DNA of 64,000 nucleotides, from positions 42,720,001 to 42,784,000 of the forward strand of contig NC_087437.1 of the NCBI RefSeq assembly GCF_036321535.1, written 5' to 3'. Source of the DNA: Camelus dromedarius (taxonomy: Eukaryota). The position numbers were made by a program, and so were the translations under genes. Of the stretch, positions 50,630 to 63,644 are shown piece by piece. The notes under the pieces were generated by a model. That model made no database searches, was not told where the DNA came from, and worked only from the letters and a program-made list of their open reading frames with translations. Each line of letters opens with the position of its first letter. The stretch's first letter is position 1.

Positions 50630-50760
50630 TGATGCCACCATACATGGCCACGCAGGCTGCACATGGCACAGCTCCAGAGGCACCATCCACATCCATTATG
50701 ACTTGAATGGCATCCCTTGGAATTCTGCAGAGCCACACCTGCATCACTGTACGCAGCAAA
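50630..50760. mobile_element. MER91A-like palindromic hAT-Tip100 MITE
   Basis: gcacagctccagaggcaccatccaca...tgaatggcatcccttggaattctgcag; imperfect inverted symmetry. Confidence 0.7.
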
Positions 50761-52793
50761 TTCTCAATATTTGTCTAATATTTATAATCACAAGTGTTTT
50801 TCAAGCACAGATCAGTGTAAACTAGAAATAGAATAAGTGATGTTGGATTAGACATTTCATTCTGAAATTTGCTTTTAGTTATCAAAACAATTGATATGAA
50901 AATTTGATGTATCAAGGGTCATTTATTGTTCTGGAAAACATAAAATCATACTAAGGGCAAACATTTAAACAAAGGTTATCACTGTAGAAATATAGTTAAA
51001 ACACTCTCTGTGGGTGTGTATAAAGTCTTCTTATGCATCAAAAGAGAGTAGGACATGTTCCTACAAATACCAGGCAAACACAATACAGATTCTGTAACAG
51101 CAGTTACCTGGTGAGCCGGTGAATAGGAGGGTACTCATATGGGTAAAAGTGACCATGCCCTTGGCAATGAGCGTTTTACAGTGGAAGCCATCTTAGAGAC
51201 CATCTTGTCTTGTGATTACCCACTGCGGTTACTTGGTCTAAGTCGCTGAGCATGAAGTTAGGAGGAAGGATTGGAAACTGCAGACGGCCCTAACTGAAGC
51301 CACCATTTGAGGCTCTCTTATGTTGCTGAAGATAGGAGTCAGGATCCAGGCTTCATGGTGTTTTGCTTTTGGTTAACCTGCTTGGCCCTCACTCCACCTG
51401 AATTGTTAAATATACCACATGGTTTAATATTTTATACCCCTCAGTCAATAGTTATTAAATAAATTCTTTTCACGGGAACAGTGTATCATAGTCCTAGAAA
51501 GAACACTGGATTCAGACCAGAAGATTGGACTTGAGCTTTTCCACTAGCAAATCCTCTGAGTTTCCTCCTTTGTAGTATTTCGGCTTTAAGTTAATTGATT
51601 GATAACTAAGATAATTTTTCTGTTCTAAAACTATGTATATAATTTTAAAAGGAAGATTTTCTTGAATTGTGATATAAGAATGAATTTTTAAAAAGAAACA
51701 TCAAGAAGGTTTTCACATGAGCTCAAAGTAGGAAAGCCAACACACACACACACACACACAAGTATACCATATATTTATTTTTGGTATTATCCCTAGTCAT
51801 TCTTTTATGTTTCCTGTATAAAATGACCATTATGTTTGCAATAGTAAATAAAATAACCTCTTATCAAAACAAAGAGATAGATGCTCTCCCTTGTACTTAC
51901 TAGGCAATTTATAATCAGAGTTGTTTTTAAAATTCTTTATCAGAATTGCCAAAACTTTTGGTACAGAAAATCCATGAAATGTATTTCTTTCCTGTTCTTT
52001 GGAGTAGGCTTAGCCAGTTACCTCCTGCTTAAGTGTAAGAGCAATTTTCTACTTGTCCATGCAAACACAGATTATATAAGGTTTGTCCTTGTCTTGAAGT
52101 TGCAGGAAAAGCAAATTGACCGACAGTTTTGATATTATTGAATAAATTTAGGGGCTACCTCTGGGGATGCAGGTTGATACCTTGTTATTCCATCTGGGGC
52201 CTTTACTGCTGTGTGGGTGTCCTGTGGACCCTCTGAAGGCAGCTTTGCAAATTCCAGGTACAGCTCTGCTTGTCAAATAGCTATTAGTTTCTGTTTGGAA
52301 GTGGGTGAAGTTTACCTTTACATCCTTCTTGTCTTCTGGGATCTCTGTCCCACTTCCTGCCCCAGCTCTAGCAACATCATTGGGATTATCACGACTAAGG
52401 TTTAGAAATAGTACTCTTTAGAGCAGCAAACACAAGATTTGAATTATTTTAAAAAGAAAATTCAGGGGACAAACAAAATAAAAATAAAAGTACATGTTTA
52501 CAGAGCATTGCTTTCTAAATATATTTAAGAGTCACATGTTCTCTTTTCTCTGCTTCAACATAATTGAGATAAATGTCTTAGATTTCTATTCTGAATTAGA
52601 TTTGGATAGGTAGGGCTTCTATATCTGGGGAAATTATACCAGGCTCCTCTTTCCAATTCCACTTCTGAATCTGTCTCTTCTGCTTCAATGAGCACATCCT
52701 CTGGCCCCAGGCCATCTTCTTTGAAGGCATCCTGGGTCTGTCGGTCCTATACTGCCCCTGTTATGTCTCCTCTGCTGGGTTTTAGAGAGCAGG

Positions 52794-52992
52794 CAGTGCT
52801 GTGCTTGCAAACTGGCTCTCAGGAGAACAAACAAACAAACACTGGTTAGTAGCATTTGTCCATTTCCATGTATAAATATTCCTGCCATGGCCACTTTCAA
52901 GCTACCAACATGAGGCCATCGCACATGGCATTGGGGAGAGAGCTACACAGCTGGCTCCCGGAAGCCGGCCAGACCTGGCTCCAGCACACCGT
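52794..52992. mobile_element. MER63-like hAT-Blackjack MITE
   Basis: cagtgctgtgct...gtataaatattcctgccatggccactttcaagctaccaacatga...ggctccagcacacc. Confidence 0.8.
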
Positions 52993-54276
52993 ATACGTCT
53001 GTCTCTACAAACACCGTCTGAGTTTCAGTCCCACATGTCTCTATGGCTTTTGCCCCTGATCCATTTCTCTCTGTCTTTCTTTAATTGTTATGAATTACAT
53101 TTATCAGTAGACAGGATCTTCTTTTGGCTTGGCTGGTTAGTTCCAAGCCATTTTCTTTGCGTGGTCCACATAGTCACAGGGTCGCTCTGATTATGCGTGC
53201 CGCTTTTCTCTTGTTCCTGTCTACACCACATCACTCCAGCACCAGCACAGTGTAAACCTGTCATTCCTTCTTGTTCCAAGGCACATGGCTCCCTGCTAAA
53301 TTCCTGATTAAGGAAAGCTGCCTGTTTTCAGCTCACTGGCAGGACAGACAGCCAACAGGTTCTGAGCTTCATGTGTGATGAAGCCTTTCTCTGCTCGGAT
53401 GATTATTTCCATTGATTTCTTTGATGACTGCATCCTTCAGGAGCCTGGGGGCAAGGGAGTGTGATATTGAGAATCATATGGCTGAAATATTACAATATTA
53501 AAAGTATATTAGACCTCAGGAGAACATAACAGATGTCATAGAGATGGATGTTTTATCTGTGGGGGAGTGGAGTGAGAGTTCATGGGAAAAATAGGCCCAC
53601 ACTTAGCCCCCACAAAGGCATGTGTCTTCAAGCATAAATGTGTTGAGTGCATTCAGATGTACATGTATCATTTTATGCTGGTTGTTTTCTGATGTGCCTT
53701 TACATTGATAAGTACCATCTGCCCCACAGCAGCCATCACTGATCTATAAGGGCCCTTGTACAGGCCCGAGGAGAGACCGTCAGGGTCTGCAGGTGCTTCT
53801 CTGCTTCCGAGGACGTGTGGACACCTCTAGCTGCTGACCCTCTTTTCTGTGTCCTCTTTCTGCACCTTCAAACCCTTACCCCTGCTATAGCCATTGGTTA
53901 CCTTAGCGTTATATTGCATACGGTCCAATTAAGTGGATATTGATGTGACCTCTAGACTTTCTGAGAGAGGATTAATAACCATCTCCCACCCAGCCAAGCT
54001 TAGCTATCTTTGTTAGTGACATCCTGAAGAAAATGACTGCTTTTGTTTTGTTTTGTTTTTTCTTTTAAACTGTCTGAGACCTTTAGAATACAAGGCTTGT
54101 TGCTAACAACAATAACAACAACAACAACAAAACTGGGACCCCTTCCAGCTCTTCTATCTCATTACTGTGTGTGTCTTTGTTCAAACCACTGAACACTGAA
54201 TCTCTGTTTCCTCAATGGAAAATGAGGAGGCTGGGCTTGGACTTGGTCCTGTATAGCTAAGCCCTCTCCTGCCTTA

Positions 54277-54327
54277 CTTTTTTTTTTTTTTTTCAACTGA
54301 AGTATAGTCAGTTTATAGTGTGTCAAT
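54277..54327 (-). mobile_element. Extremely truncated L1 3' tip (~34 nt plus poly-A) with TSD
   Basis: T-run followed by caactgaagtatagtcagtttatagtgtgtcaat, flanked by tcctgcctta at 54267-54276 and 54328-54337. Confidence 0.85.
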
Positions 54328-54474
54328 TCCTGCCTTATCTTTGAATTGTAATTTTCATGATGAGGCTGTTTAGGTGAGGAGATGAAATGGTGGTAAGGCT
54401 GGGTGGGATGTGGCTGGCTGGGAAATAGGAGTGGTTTTTTGAGATGATCTCTTCTTGGCTTCAGCCCTCACAGC

Positions 54475-54659
54475 TAGGATTACCAGATTTAGCAAATAAA
54501 ATTAGAGGATGCCCAGTAAAATTTGAATTTTATCGATTAATGAATATTTTAGTATAAATATATTACAAATATTGCATGGGACATTACACTTAAAATTATT
54601 CATTGTTTATCTGAAATTCAAATTTAACTTTGTGTCCTATATTTTGTCTGGCAGCTCCA
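54475..54659. mobile_element. MER53 palindromic MITE
   Basis: taggattaccagatttagcaaataaaa...ggatgcccagtaaaatttgaatt / aaattcaaatttaact...tcctatattttgtctggcag; arms are mutually complementary. Confidence 0.9.
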
Positions 54660-55609
54660 TATAACAGTAAATAACAACTTCTTCTGTCTCAACAAGTTAA
54701 CCTGGAAAAGTAGGGCGTTGTAGCAAAAGATAGAACATTAGTTGATGAAAACAGAATCCAGGTAGTTGTTTGATACATATGCAGCATGGGGTGGGAAAGG
54801 TGTCATTTTTTTTTCTTTTTTTGCCCAGGTTGTAATACCACTTCTATTAAAAAAGAAAAAAAAAAGCTATGTGACATTTTAGTACTGACATAAGAAGTTA
54901 CCAGGCTAATCTCTGAATAGACTTAAAGACTCTACATGGAGTTATAGGTAGGAGAGGTCTGTGACTGGAAGAAGAGAGAGATGAAAGAAAAGCTATTAGA
55001 CTTTTTACCGAAAGCAGAAAATACTAAAATCGTGTCTGGCTTAGGAATTGAGTTAAGTAACTTTGTAGTCTGTATATTGAAATGGAGAAAGAAAATTTAG
55101 AAGAATTTTGAAGTTTTAGTAAGTGTTAAATAAGGGTAACATTTAATTAACATGCTATGTCAGTATTTTTTCAGTCTTTTAGCTGCTTGCAAAAAATGAG
55201 GGTCATGCATTTGTGCAGAAGATTGTTGTATTGCTCTCTTTTATTAACCTATTGTTTAGTTAGTATCTGGAGTCTGTGAACTAGATGGCATGAGACACAC
55301 GTTAGTGTGTTGTGACTGCTGACGTTTTTCTCTTCAGCCCACTGGTTGGTAGGCCTTAATACTGATGGCAAACAAGAGATGCCCAGCTCCTGACCTCCCT
55401 GAGTTCAGTGGTCTTAAACCACTTCTAGGTTTCGTATAGACTCTGTCTGCCTCTCATGCTGAGAGATTATCCTATGTTTCGATTCTCTGTTTTAAAATGG
55501 ATTTACTTATACATCTAAGTGGGACACACATTTTGCCTTCTCTTCCACATTTCTTTGGGAAATTTATCACATATAAGGTATGTACAGCAGATGTCTGTTG
55601 TGAGGTGTC

Positions 55610-58300
55610 TTAATTTTTCATTCATTCAAAACTGTTTACATAGCAGTTATTCCAGCCTTGCCACAATGGTAGTTGGAGAAAAAAATGATTTAACAGAAAA
55701 TCATGATGCAGTATACATGTTAATAAAGGACTCTAGCACAGGGTACTGAGGGGTCACTGCAACTAACCTATGGCAGGGAGTGAAGGAGAAAGTGACAACC
55801 TCCAAAGAAACACTGGGGAAATAGGAGGAGGAATTACACAGAGGAAGAGGGCAGGCTGAGTGGGGAGATACAGGCATTCTAGACAGAGGTATGGAGATGT
55901 GCAAAGACGTGAGAGGAAAGAGAACATGACATTGGCAGGGCATTTCAAGGAGTTCAGATTGATTGGAATATGTTGGGGGACATGGTGGGCTGGTTCGCAG
56001 GCGGTAAAAGAATTTACGAAAGACAAAGGATGAGTATAGGAGAGCGTTTCTTAGGTTACGCTGCCGTGGACAATAGCAGGCCACACAGAGAGGTGCCTGG
56101 GTGAGCCCTGAGGGTCAGTTGTTGAGGTCTTTTATGGGGAAGGGGTTGGTGAACACATGGGTTGGGAGCTGTGTGTGTGTGCACAAGTCTTTAACTGGAG
56201 GTAGGTGAGGTAAGAAGTTGTGGGTCCATGAAGGGAAAGTAGGGTTTATGACATAAGGTGGGCTGAAACAAACCAGCCTGGGCTATTGTGACATTAGGCA
56301 TTACCTGGGGCTGTTAGTTTGTTAGAGCAAACACACCTAGTAAACAATGTACTTTATCTTTTGTGGGATCGCAGGCAGACATCTGAGAGCCCAGGAATGG
56401 GAGTCACTGGACTTGGAAGGATGCGAGTTGGCCCCACATGATAGTGCGTGAAGGAGCCAGCAATGACAAGGGATGAGGTGCAGGGTTGATAAGGGACCAG
56501 ACTGTGATGGTCTTGCTGTCATGCTCAGGTTTGAAATTCCCAAGGATTATGGAAAAGGGATTGGAGAATTTAAAAAGGAGACCTGTGTTTTAAAACCGTC
56601 CCTCTGGCTGCAGTGTGCAGTATGTAGGAAGGACCACACAGGAGGCGGAGACGAGCTGGAAGCTGTAACAGTGATCTAGAGGAGGGTTTCCTTAGGTGCC
56701 CTCTCTCCCAGTCTCAAATTGGCAATTTCAAACATCCTCCCTCTTCTCACACCTCCTACCGCATCTCCTGATTTGTCATTCTCAACGCAAGACCTCTCCT
56801 CTCATTCAAAGAGAGATTTTAGATCTTTCTTGCTGAGCCTTCCCTCCTCTGACGGCTGGCTGGCCCCAGCTGTGTCCTGGACCCCAGATGCCTGGCCTCC
56901 ACAGAGAACTTGTGCTTCCCCTCGGTTCTCTCCCTCCTGCTTTTGCAGCATCCCTCTCCTGCTGACAGCTCCTTCCCACCAGCACTAACCCGGCATGATG
57001 AGGGTGTGAGTTAGGCAAGCTGCAGTGGGCTTGGAAAGAACAGACAGAGTCAACGTATATTGAGAAGGAAGAATTACACAGATTTTGTGTTTAAAGTGAA
57101 ATGATGTTAGAAAAAACTTTTCTGTATATAGCACTCTTAATTTGTACACACATACATACACAGTATATACATACATATGTTTCTGTCTTAAAAAACTGGG
57201 AAAGTTTAAGGTATCATTTACTAAGCCAGAGAAATTCAGAGAGCCAGGAGAAGGTGGACGGGTTTTCAGCAGGCCTGCTGAGTGTATGTGATGAGCTATA
57301 TACTCTGACCATATGCATTTTAAGACTCTCCTGCATGTCCCTTTGGAGATATCTAGCGAGCACGTGTGTCTGTGCGTCTGAGTTTCAGCAGAGAAGGCTG
57401 GGCTGTATGTAATTCTGGAAGTTATCAGCAAAGAAATGGCAAATGAGTCCATGGAAGGGGCTTATCAGGGGAACATATTTAACATAAGAAGAGAAGTAGG
57501 CTGAGTGAGGGTGGAGCCTTGATACCTGCCTCAAAGGGATAGGCAGAATATTGACTGGAGGACAAGAAACAGCATGGAACCCTGGAGGGGGAAAATCAGG
57601 ATAGTGTAGTGTCATACAAGATGCAAAAAGGAAGCATTTTAGGAAAGAAAGACAATTAAAAAGTATCATATAGACCCAAAAGATCAAGCAAGAGTAGGGT
57701 TAAGAGCCATTTATTGAATTGGTAAGAAGAGATCATTGGTGGCTTGGCAGGGGCAGTTTTGGCAGTTTGGCGATGGAGTGAGATGTAAGGAATTGGGAAG
57801 AATGTGGGAGGAGAGTAAGTGAAAGTAATAGTATAAGAAAGGTCAAGAAAGTTTATTTTAACATGGATAGGTCTTGGGAGGATTAGTGCTGGTGGGAAGG
57901 AGCTGTAAGCAAAGAAGGATGTTGCAGAAGCAGTGAGGAGAGGGCAGATTCTCTGAGAATGTCAGACACCTGGGGTCCAGGACACTTGGTGTGGCCGGCC
58001 AGGCTTGGAAGGAGGGACAGCTCAGCCATAAGGAGGATCTAAAAGCTCTCTCTCTCTCTCTGAATAGGAAGAAAAGTCTTGTGTAGAGAACGACATCAGG
58101 AGATTTGGTAGGAGGTGTGAGGAGAGGGAGGATGTTTGAAATTGCCAGTGTGGGGCTGGGAGAGAGGGTGACCAGGGAAACACGGAAGGTTTGCCAGGCA
58201 GTTGTGAGTGCCCAGTGGATGTGGAAGCCATAAATTGGAATTGGAATCGATCTGAGCCATTGTGTGATTTTCTCCATCAGAGCGCAGAAGCACTCAAGTA
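55610..58300 (-). mobile_element. L2 (long, antisense on +), interrupted by a possible LTR piece (~56030-56345) and an inverted duplicate (56686-56988)
   Basis: L2 tail ttcattcattcaaaactgttta at ~55617. Antisense L2 words ttttaaaaccgtccctctggctgcagtgtg, ggagatatctag...gggctgtatgtaattctggaagttatcagca, gagatcattggtggcttggcagg. Confidence 0.8.
56686..58181. repeat. Inverted repeat: arms 56686-56988 and 57883-58181, spacer ~894 bp
   Basis: Arm 1 tggcaatttcaaacatcctccctcttctcacacctcctacc matches the reverse complement of arm 2 at 40/41, and acagctccttcccaccagcactaa at 24/24. The ORF track shows AISNILPLLTPPT on both strands. Confidence 0.95.
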
Positions 58301-59509
58301 GAGGCTGAGGAAGCAGGCAGTGAAATTTATTTAAGGATGGGGTGCGCCAGACAGTGTGACAAATGGCAAAAGTCTCCTCGCCAGAGAGGCAGAACTGAGG
58401 AACATGGAGACAAGAAGCTTCACATCTTCAAGTGAAGAGCTGAGGACTGAAGGACATAGAGAAGAATTTCACATCTTCAAATTAAATGCCCACATAGGAA
58501 GAATAGTACAGAAGTCTTAGTTGGAGTGTGTAATTGTTCTTATTAAATAATGCATTCTAAGTGGTGTTCAGAAAAATAACTAGAGACTCGACAGGTATTT
58601 AAATCTAGCCGCATCCCCAGGACAGGTTACTCAGATTGTGACAGGCTGCTTTTTATTGTTTCACTTGGGTTTTCTGCATATTGCAAGAAAAGTTGCTTTT
58701 CATACATTTAGAATATCTTAGGACAATAAATTAAATACATACCTTTGCAATCATTCAACCTATAAATGTAAATCTGGCTGAACCATATTTTAATTCAAAT
58801 TGCTATTTAATACCACTTGGAACCCCAGCTTTAAAGATGGATACTGTTCATATCATGTAACTTTGTTTCATAAATACCTTAGTGGTTCTAGTGTTGAACT
58901 CCATTAAGGTCAGTTAGAGCCCTACAAATACAGATACGTGCCCAGAAATTATCTTTACGCTGTTTCTAAAAACAAAATAGAAAGTAAATGAAGGACGTGT
59001 GCTAGTGGTTGGTGTCTTATTCTGTCAGTAGGGCTGCAGAAAGTTTTACTTTCTCCCCAAGCTCTTGTTTTGCTGTGATGTGTCTTCTGTTCCACATGGT
59101 CCACTATCTGCATCATAGCAGCGAATCTTCTGGGATATGCAAAAAGGGGACACTGTCTTTCGGAGCCCACGATTAATTGCTACCAGTAGAGAGGAAGATC
59201 TTACCTGCTCAGATAAGCCTTTCTCCCTCTATGCTGTACTACAGGGGTATGTATTTATGGATATGGGACTTCTTCTCCTCTTGGTTAAGTACGGTAAAGG
59301 AAGAAGGGGAAAGAAGGGGAGAGGCATTTGTATTTCCACTGTAGCAGCAGACGTGCGTGAGAAATAACGAAGAGGGTGAAACATGGGAAATGGAGGAGCC
59401 ATGAAATCAAATTTGGTCTATTTTACAGTTTTGCCTAGAGCCAGCTTCTATCCTTCCATGCATTAGTAACAAAAATGTAAAATCTTGGGGGCCAAACATG
59501 ACTTCATAT

Positions 59510-59680
59510 TTATGTAAGCTTTGGAGTTTACAAAGGATTTTCTATTGGGCTGCGTGGTAACCTGAATTACAGAGGAAGACCTTGCAGCTCAGACTCAGTG
59601 ACTTACCCAGGACTCATAGGGCAGTACAGGCATTTGAACTCAAATTTTTTGATCTTAGAACTTACACTCTGTTCTACATG
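59510..59680 (-). mobile_element. MIR (degenerate)
   Basis: gctttggagtttacaaagg...tacagaggaaga...agtgacttacccagg...ggcatttgaactca. Confidence 0.6.
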
Positions 59681-61199
59681 ACAACAGTAGTTTAAAATAA
59701 AACTTTAAAATAAATGCCTATTCAAGCAGTCCAACTGTAGCAAAAATTATAAATGTTAACTTCATTTAATTCTCCCTTCTCCCTTTCATTTCTTCTTTCT
59801 GCTCTCTATATTTGAAGCTTCTCTATCCTGAGATTAATAACATTTTTGCAAGTTCTGACTTTATATTAAGAGAAGGAAAGAGAGAGAGAAAGAGAGAGAG
59901 AAGGAACTCTTCTGTGAAACACTTAGAAATTCGTAAGAAAACTTTTTCAGTTACACAGAGGTTTTTGATTTTTATTTTAAATAAATGTTTTCTAGGGTGT
60001 AAAAACCCTTGTTTTATTGTTAGGCTTGCCATGAGTCATTCTCTGCCCTTCGGCACCTCACTTAACACATTGTAACCTAGTAAGGTTTTCCTTTTTTCGA
60101 AACTAGATTGTGTTTGCAAAGAGAACACTTTAGTTTTCCTCGTTGTGCTGCTCCTCTGTTTTCTTAAAGTACTCGAGATCCTGGGTGTCCTGCTGTGACT
60201 TGTTCAAGCATAATTTGTAACAGACATAAGATTGAAAGTTCTCTGGACTTAGTGTGAAGATCTCTCCAGAAGGCACCTTTAAACTTGGAGTATGGCTAAC
60301 CTGTCATCTTCCTGTCTATTGCCTTGTGTTAGGGCATCTTATAGCAAGGCAACATGGAACCCATCCACTGCCCATGCTCCTGTGAGGCCGTGACACTGGC
60401 TTTCTGTGCCACAAAGAGGACTTGACTGCCAACATTTTAACCTGATCTTTGCTGCATGAGTGGGGATAGGATTGCATTTTGGTTTTCATTTTTAAGGTTG
60501 GTTAATCATTTAGAACCCTCCTGCGGCTTTTTTCCTTCGCATGTTCCACGTCCTTTATGACTGGCCCCCTTGTTTTTCCCTTCACACCTTTAGAGGTGTC
60601 TGCACTTTGAAAACTTGGCACTCAGAGTTGTGAAAACTAAGATCATGAGGGTTGATCATTAAATTGGATTTTCCTAAGACTTCTTTTTTAATTTCATATA
60701 ACCTGTAAAACCCAGTCAGCACTGATATTTAGTCATTATTGATTTGAATTTATGTTTTCGTTTTGATACCAACTTTCCGTACATTTCAGTACCCAATACA
60801 AAATTTTATTTTGTTGGAATGCTGAAAAGACTCATTAATACATTGGGTAGGTAGACCTCAGATGGTTGTAGGTACAAAGTAGATTTAAAAGTGAAAGTTT
60901 TCATTTCTTTCTATGTAAGTCAATGTTTCAGATTTTTTTGGGGGGTGAAATCTATATGCTTGGTACACTTTGAATGATATAAGTGTTCTGGAAAACCAAC
61001 TGCTGCTTTTGAGGTACTAATAATCTAGCTGATGAAACATTATATATTTTACTGATGAAATAGAAAAGATTCATGGAGGGCAATTCAGTTGAGTGACGCA
61101 GTAACAAGAACTCAAGGAAAAGTGTATCTATAATAGTGGTAAATGATTTGTATAAATACCAAATTTATTCCCTTAAAAATTACGTGTTTTTGTCATCAG

Positions 61200-61694
61200 G
61201 GTAGGCAGCTTATAAAAAGGCCCCCTTCTGCCTTTTAAGCCTTGTGTAACCTCCTCCCTTTGAGTGTGGGCCAAATTTAATGACTCTCTTCCAGTGAGTA
61301 GAGTATGACCTAAGTGATGGGACACAGCTTCTGAAGTTAGGTTTGAAGAGACTGTGGCTCCCATCTCATCTCTCTGATTTGCTCTGAGGGAAGCCAGCTG
61401 TCAGGGTGTGAAAAAGCCCATGAGGCAAGGGACCGATGATCTTGGCCAACAGCCAGCGAAGAACTCAGTGAGTGAGTGAGCTTGGAAGCCTGTTCTCCTC
61501 CTGTCCAGCCTTGAAATGACTGAAGTGCCAGCCATGCCTTGACAGCAGCCTTGTGAGAGAGCCTGAGCCCGAGACACCCAGCTAAATTGTGCTGGGATTC
61601 TTGACCCACAGAAACTATCAGCTAAGAAATGTGTATTGTTTTTAGCCACCCAGTTTTGGGGTAAGTTGTTACACAGTGATAGATTTCTAATAAA
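61200..61694 (+). mobile_element. MaLR LTR (MLT1F-like)
   Basis: ccctttgagtgtgggcc...ctctgagggaagccagctg...ccttgacagcagccttgtgagaga...gacccacagaaact...ttttggggtaagttgttacacag. Confidence 0.9.
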
Positions 61695-61719
61695 TCATTA
61701 TAGAATTACTTATTCTTCT

Positions 61720-62350
61720 ACCTCTACTAATACAGCTGACTGAATACTAGAAAGACCCTCCCACTATAATACAAGAAAATTTAAGCTAAAATAGACACTT
61801 TTTAATTCATTACTTGAATTGCTAAATTGCTAAAATCCCAGAAAATAAGAGATACTTCCAAGGATGAAGTAAACTAAAAGCTGTGCATGGAAATCTTACC
61901 CTAAGATAAATATTGACTTGTTCTGGGAATAGGAGACCAAGACTGGGCTTCACTGCAAGGCAGGAGGCCAGAAGAGATCCTTAAACGGGGGCTCCTGAGG
62001 CTTCAGGGCAACAGTGCCCCTGAGAAGTTTATGCAATTCAGGCTTTTGGGATTATCCCTCCCAAAAGTTAGACTGAAAAATATGAACTCACAATTAAAAT
62101 AAAATCAATAACAAACAAAAGGCAGCAAACAACTTGATGTGGAAGGAACATCCAGATACAGATCTTCAAGGACTTTAGTGACTGAAATGATCAGATGAAG
62201 CATACAAGTTAAACGTTTATGGAATTTGTAAAGAAATAAAAGATGGAATATAAAGTGAGTGAACAATAAGTAAACATTAAAAACCTGCAGTTGTTCTTAA
62301 AAAAGAATGAAAAAGAAATTTTAAAATGTAATCATTGAAATTAAAAATTA
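61720..62350 (+). mobile_element. Old L1 5'/ORF1-region fragment
   Basis: aaacgtttatggaatttgtaaagaaataaaagatgga...aatcattgaaattaaaaa; similar in style to 39300-39520. Confidence 0.5.
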
Positions 62351-63014
62351 AAAAAAGAATTTTAAAATGATTGAGGTTATACAATGAAAATAAAATAGCT
62401 CCTTTTCTCTCTTTTCTTACCTAATTGTAGAAAGAATAGACTCTATCTGTTGATTCCCCAGCATTAGTATGGAGACTCGAGTTCACGTAGTCTGCACTTT
62501 CTTGTCTCCCTTTGCTCCGTTCCCATATTTCTGCTAGTCATGGTTTTCCTTTCAGGTCTCTTTAAATTTAAAGATTCATTTACCTTAGTAAGCCTTTATT
62601 ATCTGTCAGTGTTAGATAGAATGGCTTGCATTTTCAGGATGTAAACTGAGGGATTTTGTGCCTTTACACATTTCTTCATCTTTTCTTGTTCCCTCCAATT
62701 CTCAATTGCCTATTACTACATCTTTATATTTTTGCTGTCAAGGGTATTATTATTTACCTTCTGTTCTGTTACTGTATACCAGTCTTCCTTGCTGTGCTCA
62801 TAGATGAGATCTAAAAATAGAAGCAATGGCCAACATACAGAAAATCAAAATTATGTAAATAGTCACCATAAAACAAAAGTGAAATTGAACCTTTTAAAAG
62901 ATGGTGTGCTCCTACTTCACAAAACCTGTGTTGCTCAAAAAGAAGCATAGCTAACAGAAATGGGTGGCTGAGGGAGAGGGACAGTGGGAGGGTGCATGTA
63001 ACTACTTTATAATT

Positions 63015-63530
63015 ACTTTATTTTGTTCATTTGAAAATGAACTTTTTGTTTTTAACATTTGAACACCTCTAAGTTTGGGATGCACCTTATAATCGTTTTT
63101 GGCCAGGCAGTGGTGAGTGATCTAGCAGTATTGTCTGCCCATGTGAAAACTTGACCACAGCTGCTCATAGTATCATTTCAATTGAATGATTCACATTGTT
63201 GGTACTACATACATTGAGTTTAACTGCCATCTAAAATATTATCGGGAAGACTAAACTACGATTCAGCAATAATACCAAGAGTTATTGTGTACATAGAAAG
63301 ATGGGAGACAGAGTAGTGGATATGTGCTAAAATGTGTGTATAAATAAATCTTGAAGAATTAATACAATAGGTATAAAATAAAAATTCTAAATAATAAGAA
63401 AGCATTGTGGCATAGTTTAATATAATAGGAAATTTTCTTAGGGGTTGTAAGGTAGTAGTACCTCTACTAATCATCTGATTTATAACTTTTTAAAATCCAT
63501 GAAATATGATATTAAAGTGTATAAGATCTT
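63015..63530 (+). mobile_element. TcMar-Tc2 (Kanga1-like) relic
   Basis: tttgggatgcaccttataatcg...gagtttaactgccatctaaaat...actacgattcagca...gttattgtgtacatagaaag; family recalled by eye. Confidence 0.6.
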
Positions 63531-63644
63531 TCAGTAAAATCTTTCCGCTTCCTTCTTTTAATATTTGTTAGAGGGAATTACTTTCTTCTTGATTTTTGTA
63601 CAGAACCTTCGAACAGTCTGATCTAATTTGCTTTGCAGGCTTCG

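Noticed and set aside
56686..58181. Inverted repeat as the TIRs of a DNA transposon
   Set aside because: Arms and spacer are L2-like and continuous with the flanking L2; no TSD and no transposase.
59200..59290. Possible distal upstream exon ending CAG|GTAAGA at 59205
   Set aside because: Weak AAG acceptor, no promoter evidence, not distinguishable from chance.
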